IMG/VR virus record: IMGVR_UViG_3300046689_000419
Length of the DNA: 64,000 nt
Direction: 5' to 3' (one strand)
From: a virus
Lineage: Duplodnaviria > Heunggongvirae > Uroviricota > Caudoviricetes
Made by a program: the position numbers and the translations under genes. Shown in pieces: positions 55,103 to 63,156 of this stretch. Each line of letters begins with the position of its first letter. Position 1 is the stretch's first letter. Under the pieces are notes generated by a model that had not been told where the DNA came from, ran no database searches, and worked only from the letters and a program-made list of their open reading frames with translations.

Positions 55103-55569
55103 GAGCCGCTCCAGATCCCGAGCCGTGGCTGCCGGTCCCGGAACCGCTCCTCGAAGTCGTCGTCCCAGGGGAACCGGTCCTCGGTGTCCGGCCAGACCAG
55201 CTGCAGGCCGGACACCCGGCCGAACAGGTGCTGGCACATGCTCATCGGCAGCGCTCCGAGGGGCTCCAGGACCTCCAGAACCGCCACCCGCAGGCCTACC
55301 AGCACCTCGGTGGAGTAGGTGTCCGGCTCGAACCTGGTACCGCCTTGAATCGCCTGGTAGGCCGCGTTCAGCACTCCGTGCGATACCTCCGGGGTCATCC
55401 CGACCACGATCAGATCGGGGTGGTGGTGGTGCTCGCCCAGCCCGACCGTGTAGGTGAAGTAGTGCCCTGGGCTGGCCGTGGTGGGGAACACCGAGATCGC
55501 CGCCCAACCCTCCCGGGCGATGTCATCGAGGACCTTGCGGTCCACCTTGTCCCATCTGTCCTGCGTCAT
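55099..55569 (-). CDS. Hypothetical protein (His-rich 'EHHHHPDLIVVG'; possibly a DUF4262-type domain)
   Basis: RBS AGAGGAGAGGG; 156 aa. Confidence 0.45.
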   Translation of the reverse strand: MTQDRWDKVDRKVLDDIAREGWAAISVFPTTASPGHYFTYTVGLGEHHHHPDLIVVGMTPEVSHGVLNAAYQAIQGGTRFEPDTYSTEVLVGLRVAVLEVLEPLGALPMSMCQHLFGRVSGLQLVWPDTEDRFPWDDDFEERFRDRQPRLGIWSGS

Positions 55570-55579
55570 CCCTCTCCTC

Positions 55580-55885
55580 TCATGGCAACTCTCTGCAGGT
55601 GGCACAGGCTCCGAACATGAAGAAGACCTGTACCTCGCCGCGCATCCGCAGCACGTGCCCGGTCCAGAACGGCATCGGGTCCGGGCAGTACGCGCCACAG
55701 TTGTCGCAGGTGCGATCCCAGCGCTCGAACTCCTCGGGAGTCGCGTGCTCGCCCGGCTCGGAGACCGGGGTCATCACCAGCGGCACCCCCACGTCGGCGG
55801 TGCTTCCGAGGTGTGCCTCCATCAGCGCCAGCCGCTGATCGACCAGCGGGGTCAGCCAGGCCGGCTCGGGTACCGGCTCAGGCAT
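55580..55885 (-). CDS. Cys-rich small protein (CDNC...C...C...CATC)
   Basis: 101 aa. Confidence 0.45.
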   Translation of the reverse strand: MPEPVPEPAWLTPLVDQRLALMEAHLGSTADVGVPLVMTPVSEPGEHATPEEFERWDRTCDNCGAYCPDPMPFWTGHVLRMRGEVQVFFMFGACATCRELP

Positions 55886-56318
55886 CCGGAGCGACCCCGC
55901 GCATCCGCTTGGCGGTCTCGTGCAGCAGGTCCAGGGCGTTCTGCTCGGAGCCCCAGCCGTTGTCGTTCCAGCCCGGCAGGTCGCCCATCCCCCAGCGCTC
56001 GTCCCAGTCCTCCCGCTTCGCGCGCTGGTTCAGGGTGTCCAGCACCGCTGAGTAGACCGGGCAGGTCAGCAGCTTGCCCCGCTGATCGCTGTTCGCCTCC
56101 ATGTCGGCGGCGTCCAGGCCGATAGCCGCGGCCATCGCACCCTCGATGCAGTAACTCCACCGCTCGACCTCGCTGCCCTGCTCGTCGTACTCGTCCCAGG
56201 AGGAGAACCAGGCACCGGTGGTCCAGTGCCCCTCCAGCAGCTCTGCTGCGTCCTCGCATGCCTCGGCGATCTCTTCCTCGGTGCTGATCTCGTTCCATGC
56301 CTTCTTGTACATACTCAT
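55878..56318 (-). CDS. Distant member of paralogue family A
   Basis: 'WSYCIEGAMAAAIGL' and 'LPGWNDNGWGSEQNALDLLHETAKRMRG'. Confidence 0.45.
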   Translation of the reverse strand: MSMYKKAWNEISTEEEIAEACEDAAELLEGHWTTGAWFSSWDEYDEQGSEVERWSYCIEGAMAAAIGLDAADMEANSDQRGKLLTCPVYSAVLDTLNQRAKREDWDERWGMGDLPGWNDNGWGSEQNALDLLHETAKRMRGVAPDA

Positions 56319-56330
56319 TCCCTTCGTTGG

Positions 56331-56930
56331 TTACCAACTGCTCTGGTACCGGAGCACCAGCGGTTTCGGATAGGTGTTGATGACCTCGGCGAGCCGGTCC
56401 ACGGTGTGCTGCAGCTCGGCGATGTACCACTCGTCGTAGTCCACCGAGCCGAAGAAGAACCCGCCCTGGGTGGGCAGCAGCTTCGCGGCCAGCAGCGGGG
56501 TCTCGATCACCTGCTTGCACAGGTCCACCAGCTCGGCCAGCACCTCACCGTGGATCGGCTCGGTGAGCCGGCAGTCGTCCTCGCCGTCCTGGACGGTCCG
56601 TACGAACCACTCGTGGATCGCGTTGGCCTTGCGCCAGTACACCGCGCAGGGCCGGACCAGGTAGTCCTTGGTCTCGGGCTCCAGCTCGACGTAGAAGTGC
56701 GGCGAGTCGAGGTCCGGAGCCATCCCGGTCAGGGCGACCAGGGTGGCGTAGGCCGGGTCCGGCGGCACCGTCTCGAAGTCCCAGCCGGAGACGTAGGTGG
56801 AGTGCTGGTAGATCTCCTCGTTGGCGAGCTCCTCGAGGTGGTGACCCTCCAGGGCCTTGGTGATCGCCTGGTGCTGCTCGGTGTCCGCCGCCACCCGGTG
56901 CTCGGCGGTCAGGTACATGTCTAATCCCAT
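56331..56930 (-). CDS. Hypothetical protein
   Basis: 199 aa. Confidence 0.5.
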   Translation of the reverse strand: MGLDMYLTAEHRVAADTEQHQAITKALEGHHLEELANEEIYQHSTYVSGWDFETVPPDPAYATLVALTGMAPDLDSPHFYVELEPETKDYLVRPCAVYWRKANAIHEWFVRTVQDGEDDCRLTEPIHGEVLAELVDLCKQVIETPLLAAKLLPTQGGFFFGSVDYDEWYIAELQHTVDRLAEVINTYPKPLVLRYQSSW

Positions 56931-57586
56931 CAGGACTCCTGTGGGCCGTGCAGGGCATGGGCGAGTACCTGGAGCGGACTGAACTCACCGCCCTCGATGA
57001 AGGTGATCACCGACTCCTCGTCGTCCTCGTCGGGGAAGGCGTCGCGGTAGTGCTGGCCGTACTTGATCAGGCAGGCCAGGTCCCGGCCCTCCTCGGTGCC
57101 CTCGGCTGGAGTGGGCAGCTCGGAGACCAGGCCGTTCAAGATGGCGTAGGCCCCGAAGTTGCTGCCCAGGTCCTCGTCGGCGTAGAGCACCTGGAGCATC
57201 TGGTCCGGGAACCTCTCGGAGAGCGCGCTGATCACCGGGTACGGGTGTGCCCAGGCGGTGTCGAAGCGGACCACGGTGTCGTGCTCGGAGACCTCGGTCT
57301 CGTAGGCGTTCCACTTGGTGCCCCAGTTCTGGATCGACCAGTCGTACCAGTCGATCGCTCCCTCGGGGTACGGGATCGGGTCACCCTTCATCCCGGCCGG
57401 GTCGTCCTCGGTCGGGGCCCAGTAGACCTTCTTCATTTCGCCGTCGATCTTGGCGTGCCCGATGCTGCCGGTGATCACGTCATCGGGCATCGGGATGATG
57501 CGGTTAAAGTCCACCCCTGCCTCGGTGAGCAAGGCATCGATCGCCTCGCGCGGTCCGCGCAGGATGGTGGTTATGTGGTTGGGCAT
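56930..57586 (-). CDS. Hypothetical protein (motifs 'IIPMPDD' and 'NWGTKWNAYE', reminiscent of DUF1281-type phage proteins)
   Basis: RBS GGAAGGA 7 nt before the ATG (MPNHITT). Confidence 0.45.
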   Translation of the reverse strand: MPNHITTILRGPREAIDALLTEAGVDFNRIIPMPDDVITGSIGHAKIDGEMKKVYWAPTEDDPAGMKGDPIPYPEGAIDWYDWSIQNWGTKWNAYETEVSEHDTVVRFDTAWAHPYPVISALSERFPDQMLQVLYADEDLGSNFGAYAILNGLVSELPTPAEGTEEGRDLACLIKYGQHYRDAFPDEDDEESVITFIEGGEFSPLQVLAHALHGPQES

Positions 57587-57622
57587 TACAAGTCCTTCCA
57601 TGGGTTGTCCGGACATGGAAAA

Positions 57623-57664
57623 GCCCGGTGCCGAAGAGAGTAAGTACTCCCTCCGACACCGGGC
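57623..57664 (-). terminator. Weak terminator-like hairpin followed by TTTTCCATGTCCGG
   Basis: 8-bp stem gcccggtg/caccgggc with a long loop; same downstream motif as the 40.7 and 47.1 kb hairpins. Confidence 0.3.
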
Positions 57665-57918
57665 ATGGCCCCTGGATTCTGGCGTGCAGAACTCAGGTGC
57701 TGCAAACACACTATCACAACGTGGTCTATACGCACAAGGGCCAGAACGAGATTCGTCCTGGCCTGTTCTGGGGTGTCAGCGCGGCACTGTGTCTACGCGA
57801 CGGGCCGACTGATTGACCCCGGAGGCGAGGTGTGAGCCCCGCCAGAGACCGCCGGCCCAAGCGGGCCCTGCGATCTCATGCAGACAACATTAGCCTATAC
57901 ACCACAGCAGGTCAAGCC

Positions 57919-58629
57919 CTAGATCGAGGCTGCTCGATGGGCCGCGATCCGGGCTGCTGAGAGCGCCGAGCCGTAGTAGGCCACCTCATCAACGATCCCG
58001 GTGAACGGACCGGCTCCGGTGGAGTTGAAGCCGATCTGGAGCCGGCCCACCCCGTTGCTCTTCGGCACCCCGGACTGGGCCACCGAGATGTCCTGGGTGC
58101 CGTTCACGTAGAGCCGGGCGTTCGCGCCGTCGTAGCTGATCGCCAGGTGGTAGGTGGTGTTGGCCACCAGCCGGGCCACGCTGTTCAGAAAGAACGGCCC
58201 GGCGGTGTTGGTCCAGAAGATGAACTGCAGCGCCCCGGAGGACTGCAGCTGGAGCTGCCAGTACCGGTTGCCGGTGTCCGGGTCCCGGTCGATCGGGTTC
58301 TGGGTGCCGGTGATCGCGGTCGCCTTGATCAGCACCTCGGCGGTGAACCCGGCCGGGGTGTTCATCCAGGCGGCGTACGGCACCCACGGCTTGCCGCCCA
58401 GGGACTGCGCCCCGTTGGTGTCCCCGGCCAGCAAGCCGGAGACCCGGGTGGACCCGCCGAAGTCCGCGTAGGCACCGTCGTGGCCGAATCCAGAGGAGTC
58501 CGGCAGCACCAGCACGTTGGAGGGCTGGTCCATCCGCCAGTAGCCCAGCGGGGCATCGGCCATCACCTCGGTGGCATACCGGGAGGTGGCCAGGCCCACA
58601 TAGGAGTCCGCGACCACCCCGATGCTCAC
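57919..58629 (-). CDS. LamG/concanavalin-like domain fibre protein
   Basis: GTG start with GTGA overlap; C-terminal 'YHLAISYDGANARLYVNG...VAYYGSALSAARI' is a LamG-type jelly-roll signature. Confidence 0.5.
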   Translation of the reverse strand: MSIGVVADSYVGLATSRYATEVMADAPLGYWRMDQPSNVLVLPDSSGFGHDGAYADFGGSTRVSGLLAGDTNGAQSLGGKPWVPYAAWMNTPAGFTAEVLIKATAITGTQNPIDRDPDTGNRYWQLQLQSSGALQFIFWTNTAGPFFLNSVARLVANTTYHLAISYDGANARLYVNGTQDISVAQSGVPKSNGVGRLQIGFNSTGAGPFTGIVDEVAYYGSALSAARIAAHRAASI

Positions 58630-59357
58630 GTGGAGAGCCGTCCGTAGGCCACCCAGACATCGGTGGCGGTCTTCCGCAGCCCGTACGAGCCGTACTGAGC
58701 GGCGATCTTCAGACCCGGCGAGGCGTTGATGGTCACCCCGGCTCCCGGAGTCAGGGTGACCTGCCCAGCCCCCAGCTGATTGCCCTCGACCACGGTACCG
58801 ACCGGGAAGGCCACCGCGGAGTTCGGTGGCACGGTCAGCGTGGACGCGCCGGCGTTGGTCATGTCCACGATGTTGTTGGCATCGCCAATGGCCAGGGTGT
58901 AGCTGGTGCCGGTCTGGCTGTTCACGGTGGCCGGGACTCGAGCCCCGGTGTGGGTGTGGTTGCCGGCCGCAGCCTGCGTGGCGCTGGTACCCAGGGTCCG
59001 CATCGAGGCGGTCCCGGCGGTGCCGTCCTTGTTGGCCGCGGCCACCTTGGCATCGGTGACCACCAGTGCCGCGATAGCCGGGTTCGGGTAGCTCCCGGAC
59101 AGATCCCCACCGGCAGGGCCGGTGGACGGCCCAGCAGGCCCGGTAGGCCCGGCAGGACCGGTTGCTCCGGCGGTGCCAGGAGCGCCGGCAGGTCCGGTAG
59201 GTCCAGCGGGCCCTGCGGGCCCAGCCGGACCAGTCGCCCCAGCCGTACTCGATCCACCCGGGGCGGCGGTCAGGATCGAGGTGTCGTACTTGGTGACATC
59301 GATGACCAGGGTCCGGATGTCCACGGTGATGCTGGTGAGCAGCTCGGTGACGCTCAT
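58626..59357 (-). CDS. Collagen-like repeat protein (putative tail fibre)
   Basis: Gly-X-Y triplets 'GPAGPAGPAGPTGPAGAPGTAGATGPAGPTGPAGP' plus a beta-rich C-terminal domain. Confidence 0.6.
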   Translation of the reverse strand: MSVTELLTSITVDIRTLVIDVTKYDTSILTAAPGGSSTAGATGPAGPAGPAGPTGPAGAPGTAGATGPAGPTGPAGPSTGPAGGDLSGSYPNPAIAALVVTDAKVAAANKDGTAGTASMRTLGTSATQAAAGNHTHTGARVPATVNSQTGTSYTLAIGDANNIVDMTNAGASTLTVPPNSAVAFPVGTVVEGNQLGAGQVTLTPGAGVTINASPGLKIAAQYGSYGLRKTATDVWVAYGRLST

Positions 59358-59716
59358 CTGGTGACATCCAGCTCGGCGGTGAAGTCTCCGGCCATCACGG
59401 TCTGCGGGTCACCGGCACCATCATGGATCTCGAGGTCCCAGACCCCCTTCTGGATCACCTCGGTGCCCAGCCAGGTCCGGACATCATCGCCGGGCCAGCG
59501 GACCATCAGCACTCCGTTGCTGGCATCGGTGATGGTGATCACCGCATCCAGCTCGGTGACCTCGGTCTTGCTGGTCCGGGCCTGGGCGGTGATGGTCTTC
59601 CCGGTCAGGTTCACCGGTCTGCCGGCGGCCAGCAGGGTGACCCGAACCTCGTTCAGGTCTCCGGCACGAATCCCGGTGATGTCCACCTGGGCTGGTCCCA
59701 ACGGCACTGTCACCAT
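59354..59716 (-). CDS. Hypothetical beta-rich protein (first gene of fibre operon)
   Basis: RBS AGGAGG 7 nt upstream of ATG; 120 aa. Confidence 0.5.
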   Translation of the reverse strand: MVTVPLGPAQVDITGIRAGDLNEVRVTLLAAGRPVNLTGKTITAQARTSKTEVTELDAVITITDASNGVLMVRWPGDDVRTWLGTEVIQKGVWDLEIHDGAGDPQTVMAGDFTAELDVTR

Positions 59717-59784
59717 GGTCTGACCTCCTGGTCCCAGGCTAACGGTGAGCGCTCGTCGTTACGTTGAGGACAAGGAGGGGGCAT
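59717..59784. promoter_or_regulatory. Divergent promoter region between the leftward fibre operon and the rightward membrane/collagen genes
   Basis: 68-bp spacer flanked by two strong RBSs facing outward. Confidence 0.3.
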
Positions 59785-60042
59785 ATGACCAGGATTCGGG
59801 ATCGGTCCACTGGAGATCTGCTGGTGATCATGGTGGCCGGGACGGTGTGCACGGTGATTCTGGCCACCACTGTCGCGTTGATCGTCTCGCAGGTCCTCAA
59901 CCAGAAGGTGTCCTCGGGTGCGGCCTCGGCAGTCGGGGACATCGTGAACACCATGATCGGCCTGTTGGCCGGCTTCCTGGCCGGCCGCTCGGAGACTACC
60001 TTGACCACTACCAAGCGGGGGGAGAAGGAGTCTCCACCGTGA
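59785..60042 (+). CDS. Small 2-TM membrane protein (holin-like topology)
   Basis: RBS AAGGAGGGGG; '[24 protein letters not shown]' and '[15 protein letters not shown]'. Confidence 0.5.
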   Translation: MTRIRDRSTGDLLVIMVAGTVCTVILATTVALIVSQVLNQKVSSGAASAVGDIVNTMIGLLAGFLAGRSETTLTTTKRGEKESPP

Positions 60043-60725
60043 GCTGGGCAGTGATCCGGGCGGTGATCGGTCTGGTGGTCGCCGGAGGGCTGATGACCTA
60101 CGCCTTCGCGAACGCGATCTGGGGTCCGCTGCTGGTCAACGCCAGCGAGCAACCAGCAGCAAAGCCAGCTGTTGTCACATCAACTTCAGGTACTGCCACA
60201 TCAACTCCGTCTACTGCCAGTACCCCGACCAGTAGCCCCAGTGCAGTCAGTCCCCTCAGTACGCCGTCACCGGTGACCGGACTGACACCACTGACTCCAC
60301 TGACCGGACCTGCTGGACCGGCTGGACAGGATGGGGTCAACGGAACAGATGGAACGGATGGGGGAAATGGCAGTGCAGGACAACCTGGACCCCCGGGACC
60401 TGGAGGCGCTGCAGGTGCTCAGGGAGAAGCTGGTCCGGCTGGAAGTACCGGACGTACCGGACCACCAGGACCACCTGGACCTCGCGGAGCACAGGGGTTC
60501 CCCGGACCAAGAGGCCCAGCCGGGAAAGACGGACAAGCTGGACCAGACGGTGCGACCGGTCCAGTAGGACCGAGAGGACCTCAGGGACCTCAGGGACCGC
60601 AAGGTCCACCGGGCCCTGCGGGCCCACCAGGACCAGACTGTCCTCCGGGCTACTCCGCTGAACCGCTGACCTTGAACGCTCCGCATGGTCAGGTACACCT
60701 GTTCGTCTGCCAGAGAACTTCTTGA
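60039..60725 (+). CDS. Membrane-anchored collagen-like protein
   Basis: GTG start with GTGA overlap; N-terminal TM/signal helix, Ser/Thr/Pro linker, then ~40 Gly-X-Y triplets and a Cys-containing C-terminus. Confidence 0.55.
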   Translation: MSWAVIRAVIGLVVAGGLMTYAFANAIWGPLLVNASEQPAAKPAVVTSTSGTATSTPSTASTPTSSPSAVSPLSTPSPVTGLTPLTPLTGPAGPAGQDGVNGTDGTDGGNGSAGQPGPPGPGGAAGAQGEAGPAGSTGRTGPPGPPGPRGAQGFPGPRGPAGKDGQAGPDGATGPVGPRGPQGPQGPQGPPGPAGPPGPDCPPGYSAEPLTLNAPHGQVHLFVCQRTS

Positions 60726-61068
60726 CCAAATCGGGAAAGGGTTCGACCCTGCCATGGCAAGCCTACGAATCTTCGACCGATTGTGGCCGTACCTCTCTCT
60801 GGGGGGAACGCCTCTGATCAACTTGCACCAGACATCCCCGGATAGTCGTATCGCGCGGCCGGCGGCCGGGGGGAGAGTGCCAAGCATCCTCAGAGACCGG
60901 GTTCATCACCTTTCGGTAAGGCGACGCCGATTCGTGGCCTGCATGGGCTACGATGGCATCGCGACGTGGACAATCGCACGCTAGCCCCTGGAAGCGCGGC
61001 TGGCAAGGAGGGCCCCGACGCTGGCAAGTCGGGGCCCTCAGTCCGTCTAGACATGACACCGTGGACCC

Positions 61069-61215
61069 ATGCGGGGGAAGCTCACGGGCCGGACCGCCGG
61101 AGAGCTCGTCATCCTGGTGGTCTGTGTGCTGATCCTGCTGGCCACCCTGCTGATCGCGACCGCGCTGATCGGCATGGCGGTGGGCCTGATCGGTCAGGTG
61201 GTCCAGCCCGATTGA
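61069..61215 (+). CDS. Possible hydrophobic micro-protein (48 aa)
   Basis: ORF in the non-coding region; no convincing RBS. Confidence 0.15.
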   Translation: MRGKLTGRTAGELVILVVCVLILLATLLIATALIGMAVGLIGQVVQPD

Positions 61216-61267
61216 CCAGGTTTCCTGCACCCGTGCGTGTCGGCGCAGACCGGCGTAGGGTCCGGAG

Positions 61268-61597
61268 ATGCCCTCGGTCTGGGTCAGGGAGGACCCGAAG
61301 CTTCGCACCCGGTTCCACCGGACTCCGGACTGCCGGCAGCTGACGAAGAAGCCGTCCCGCGGCCAGCACCACGACCTGGTGCAGACCGATCTCGAGGTGG
61401 TGCACGTACGACCCTGCCGGACCTGCTACCCGGATGCTCCCTACCTGGAGATCCGCAAGCGGTACTGCCCGGTCTGCGACACCCGGCACGCCTGCGAGCA
61501 CAACGGCGGGGTGCTGATCACCGATCGGCGAGGAAGAGCGTTCTGGGTCTGGCCGGACACCAACCAGATGCCCTACTATCGAAAGCATTCCACCTAG
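61268..61597 (+). CDS. Cys/His-rich zinc-finger-like protein
   Basis: 109 aa; 'CRTC...CPVC...HACEH'. Confidence 0.4.
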   Translation: MPSVWVREDPKLRTRFHRTPDCRQLTKKPSRGQHHDLVQTDLEVVHVRPCRTCYPDAPYLEIRKRYCPVCDTRHACEHNGGVLITDRRGRAFWVWPDTNQMPYYRKHST

Positions 61598-61690
61598 CCC
61601 AGGCATTCCAAACTGGGTACATACATACAACTACACACTGCTTCCAGACCCTGAGCGGCGTGTGAAGGACGAGCACACGAGGAGCCCACC

Positions 61691-62986
61691 GTGCCAGCGG
61701 TATCCGCAGAAGCGCTGTTGATCTCAGCCCTGGTCAACACCGCGTCGGTCGGCAGTGAGGTCCCCTTCGGGATCTCCGCAGCCGACTTCGAGGGCTATGC
61801 CGACGAGTACAACTGGCTCGTCAACTACGTGGAGACCTACCACGAACAGCCCACCCGGGACATCTTCGCGATCAAGTTCCCCACCTTCGGGCACTCCGAG
61901 CACACCGAGGTCCGCTCGGCCGCGGACCTGGTGCACCTGGCCAGCAACAAGCGGCGGATCAACACGGCGATGAGCGACGCGGTGGACCTGATGCATCTGG
62001 GCGAGGTGAACGCGGCCTACACCCAGCTGGTGGAGGCCAAGCCCAAGCGGGCCCTGCTGCCACCCCGCCGGCTGCTCACCGACACCGCGCACCTGGACGA
62101 GTGGGACCACAAGCCGTACGCCGTGGAGCTCCCGTACGGCACCCTGCAGCGGTTCACCGGCGGGATTCAGGCCGGCAACCTGTGGTACGTGGCCGGACGG
62201 CCGGGACAGGGCAAGTCCGCGCACCTGACGGTGGCCAGCAAGCACGGCGTGCTGACCGGGAACCGGGTCCTCTTCTACTCCCTCGAGATGAGCGAGGCGG
62301 AAGTAAGGGCCCGGTTCCACGCATGTCTGGGCACCGAGATGGGCTACCCGTCGATCACCCTGAGCAACCTGCGCGACCGCAGCGTGGACCGGGCCCTCTA
62401 CCGCAGGTTCATCGGCGAGCTGGAGGAGCGGATGACCGCGACCGGCGGCTGCCTGGATGTGCACACCCCGGCGGACGGTCCGGTGTCTCCCTCGGTGGTG
62501 GCCAGCAGGTGCGGGGAGTACCAGCTGACGGTGATCGACTACGTGGGCCTGATGGCCCAGGACGGTGGCGGCCGGGCCATCGATGACTGGCGGGTGATGG
62601 CCTCGATCTCGAACTCCCTGAAGACCACCGCGCTGACCCAGCAGACCGGGCTGCTCTGCGCGGCTCAGATCAACCGGGAGGGGGAGACCGGCTCGACACC
62701 ACCGAAGGTGAAGAACCTGGCCCAGTCCGATGCCCTCGGGCAGGACGGGGACGTGGTGCTCACGATGCGCGCGAAGCCACACGGGGTGGCCACGCACTTC
62801 TCGATCGAGAAGAACCGGCATGGGCCGAGCGGCATCTACTTCCACACCACCTTCGACCCGAACACCGGCTCGTTCACCGAGATCTCCGGCGATGCCGCCG
62901 AGGACCTGGTGATCAACGCCGAGGTGCTGGCCGAGAACCCGATCCCGCCCAAGCTGCGGGTGATCAAGTCGAAGACCGACCTCTAG
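61691..62986 (+). CDS. DnaB-like replicative helicase (RecA-fold C-terminal domain)
   Basis: GTG start with RBS GAGGAG; Walker A 'GRPGQGKS' and 'LFYSLEMSEAEV' typical of DnaB. Confidence 0.7.
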   Translation: MPAVSAEALLISALVNTASVGSEVPFGISAADFEGYADEYNWLVNYVETYHEQPTRDIFAIKFPTFGHSEHTEVRSAADLVHLASNKRRINTAMSDAVDLMHLGEVNAAYTQLVEAKPKRALLPPRRLLTDTAHLDEWDHKPYAVELPYGTLQRFTGGIQAGNLWYVAGRPGQGKSAHLTVASKHGVLTGNRVLFYSLEMSEAEVRARFHACLGTEMGYPSITLSNLRDRSVDRALYRRFIGELEERMTATGGCLDVHTPADGPVSPSVVASRCGEYQLTVIDYVGLMAQDGGGRAIDDWRVMASISNSLKTTALTQQTGLLCAAQINREGETGSTPPKVKNLAQSDALGQDGDVVLTMRAKPHGVATHFSIEKNRHGPSGIYFHTTFDPNTGSFTEISGDAAEDLVINAEVLAENPIPPKLRVIKSKTDL

Positions 62987-63000
62987 TCCAAGGACGAGCT

Positions 63001-63156
63001 ATGAGCACTGCAACGATCGACCACCACCTCTACGCCACCAACGACCAGCCGCTGCTCGACGCCGAGCACCACAAGATCGTCGGCCGGTCCGACTTCGCCT
63101 GCATTCAGCGTGACTGCGACGGGTTGCACCACTTCTGGTGCAGCTGCGCGGCGTGA
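63001..63156 (+). CDS. Small Cys/His-rich protein (51 aa)
   Basis: 'FACIQRDCDGLHHFWCSCAA'; overlaps the primase start. Confidence 0.3.
   Translation: MSTATIDHHLYATNDQPLLDAEHHKIVGRSDFACIQRDCDGLHHFWCSCAA

Noticed and set aside
57664-57918. Possible tRNA or ncRNA in the 330-bp intergenic region (inverted repeat GGCCAG-n13-CTGGCC).
   Set aside because: No cloverleaf can be assembled by eye; more likely a promoter or UTR hairpin.
59100-60620. The two collagen-like genes considered as a nucleotide-level inverted repeat or invertible segment (shufflon or DGR).
   Set aside because: They are on opposite strands but encode different Gly-X-Y codon series; no reverse transcriptase, invertase or template-repeat pair is present.
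60735-60760. 'GGGTTCGACCC' resembling a tRNA T-arm.
   Set aside because: Only 3-bp stem and 5-nt loop, no acceptor, D or anticodon arms in the flanks; not a tRNA.
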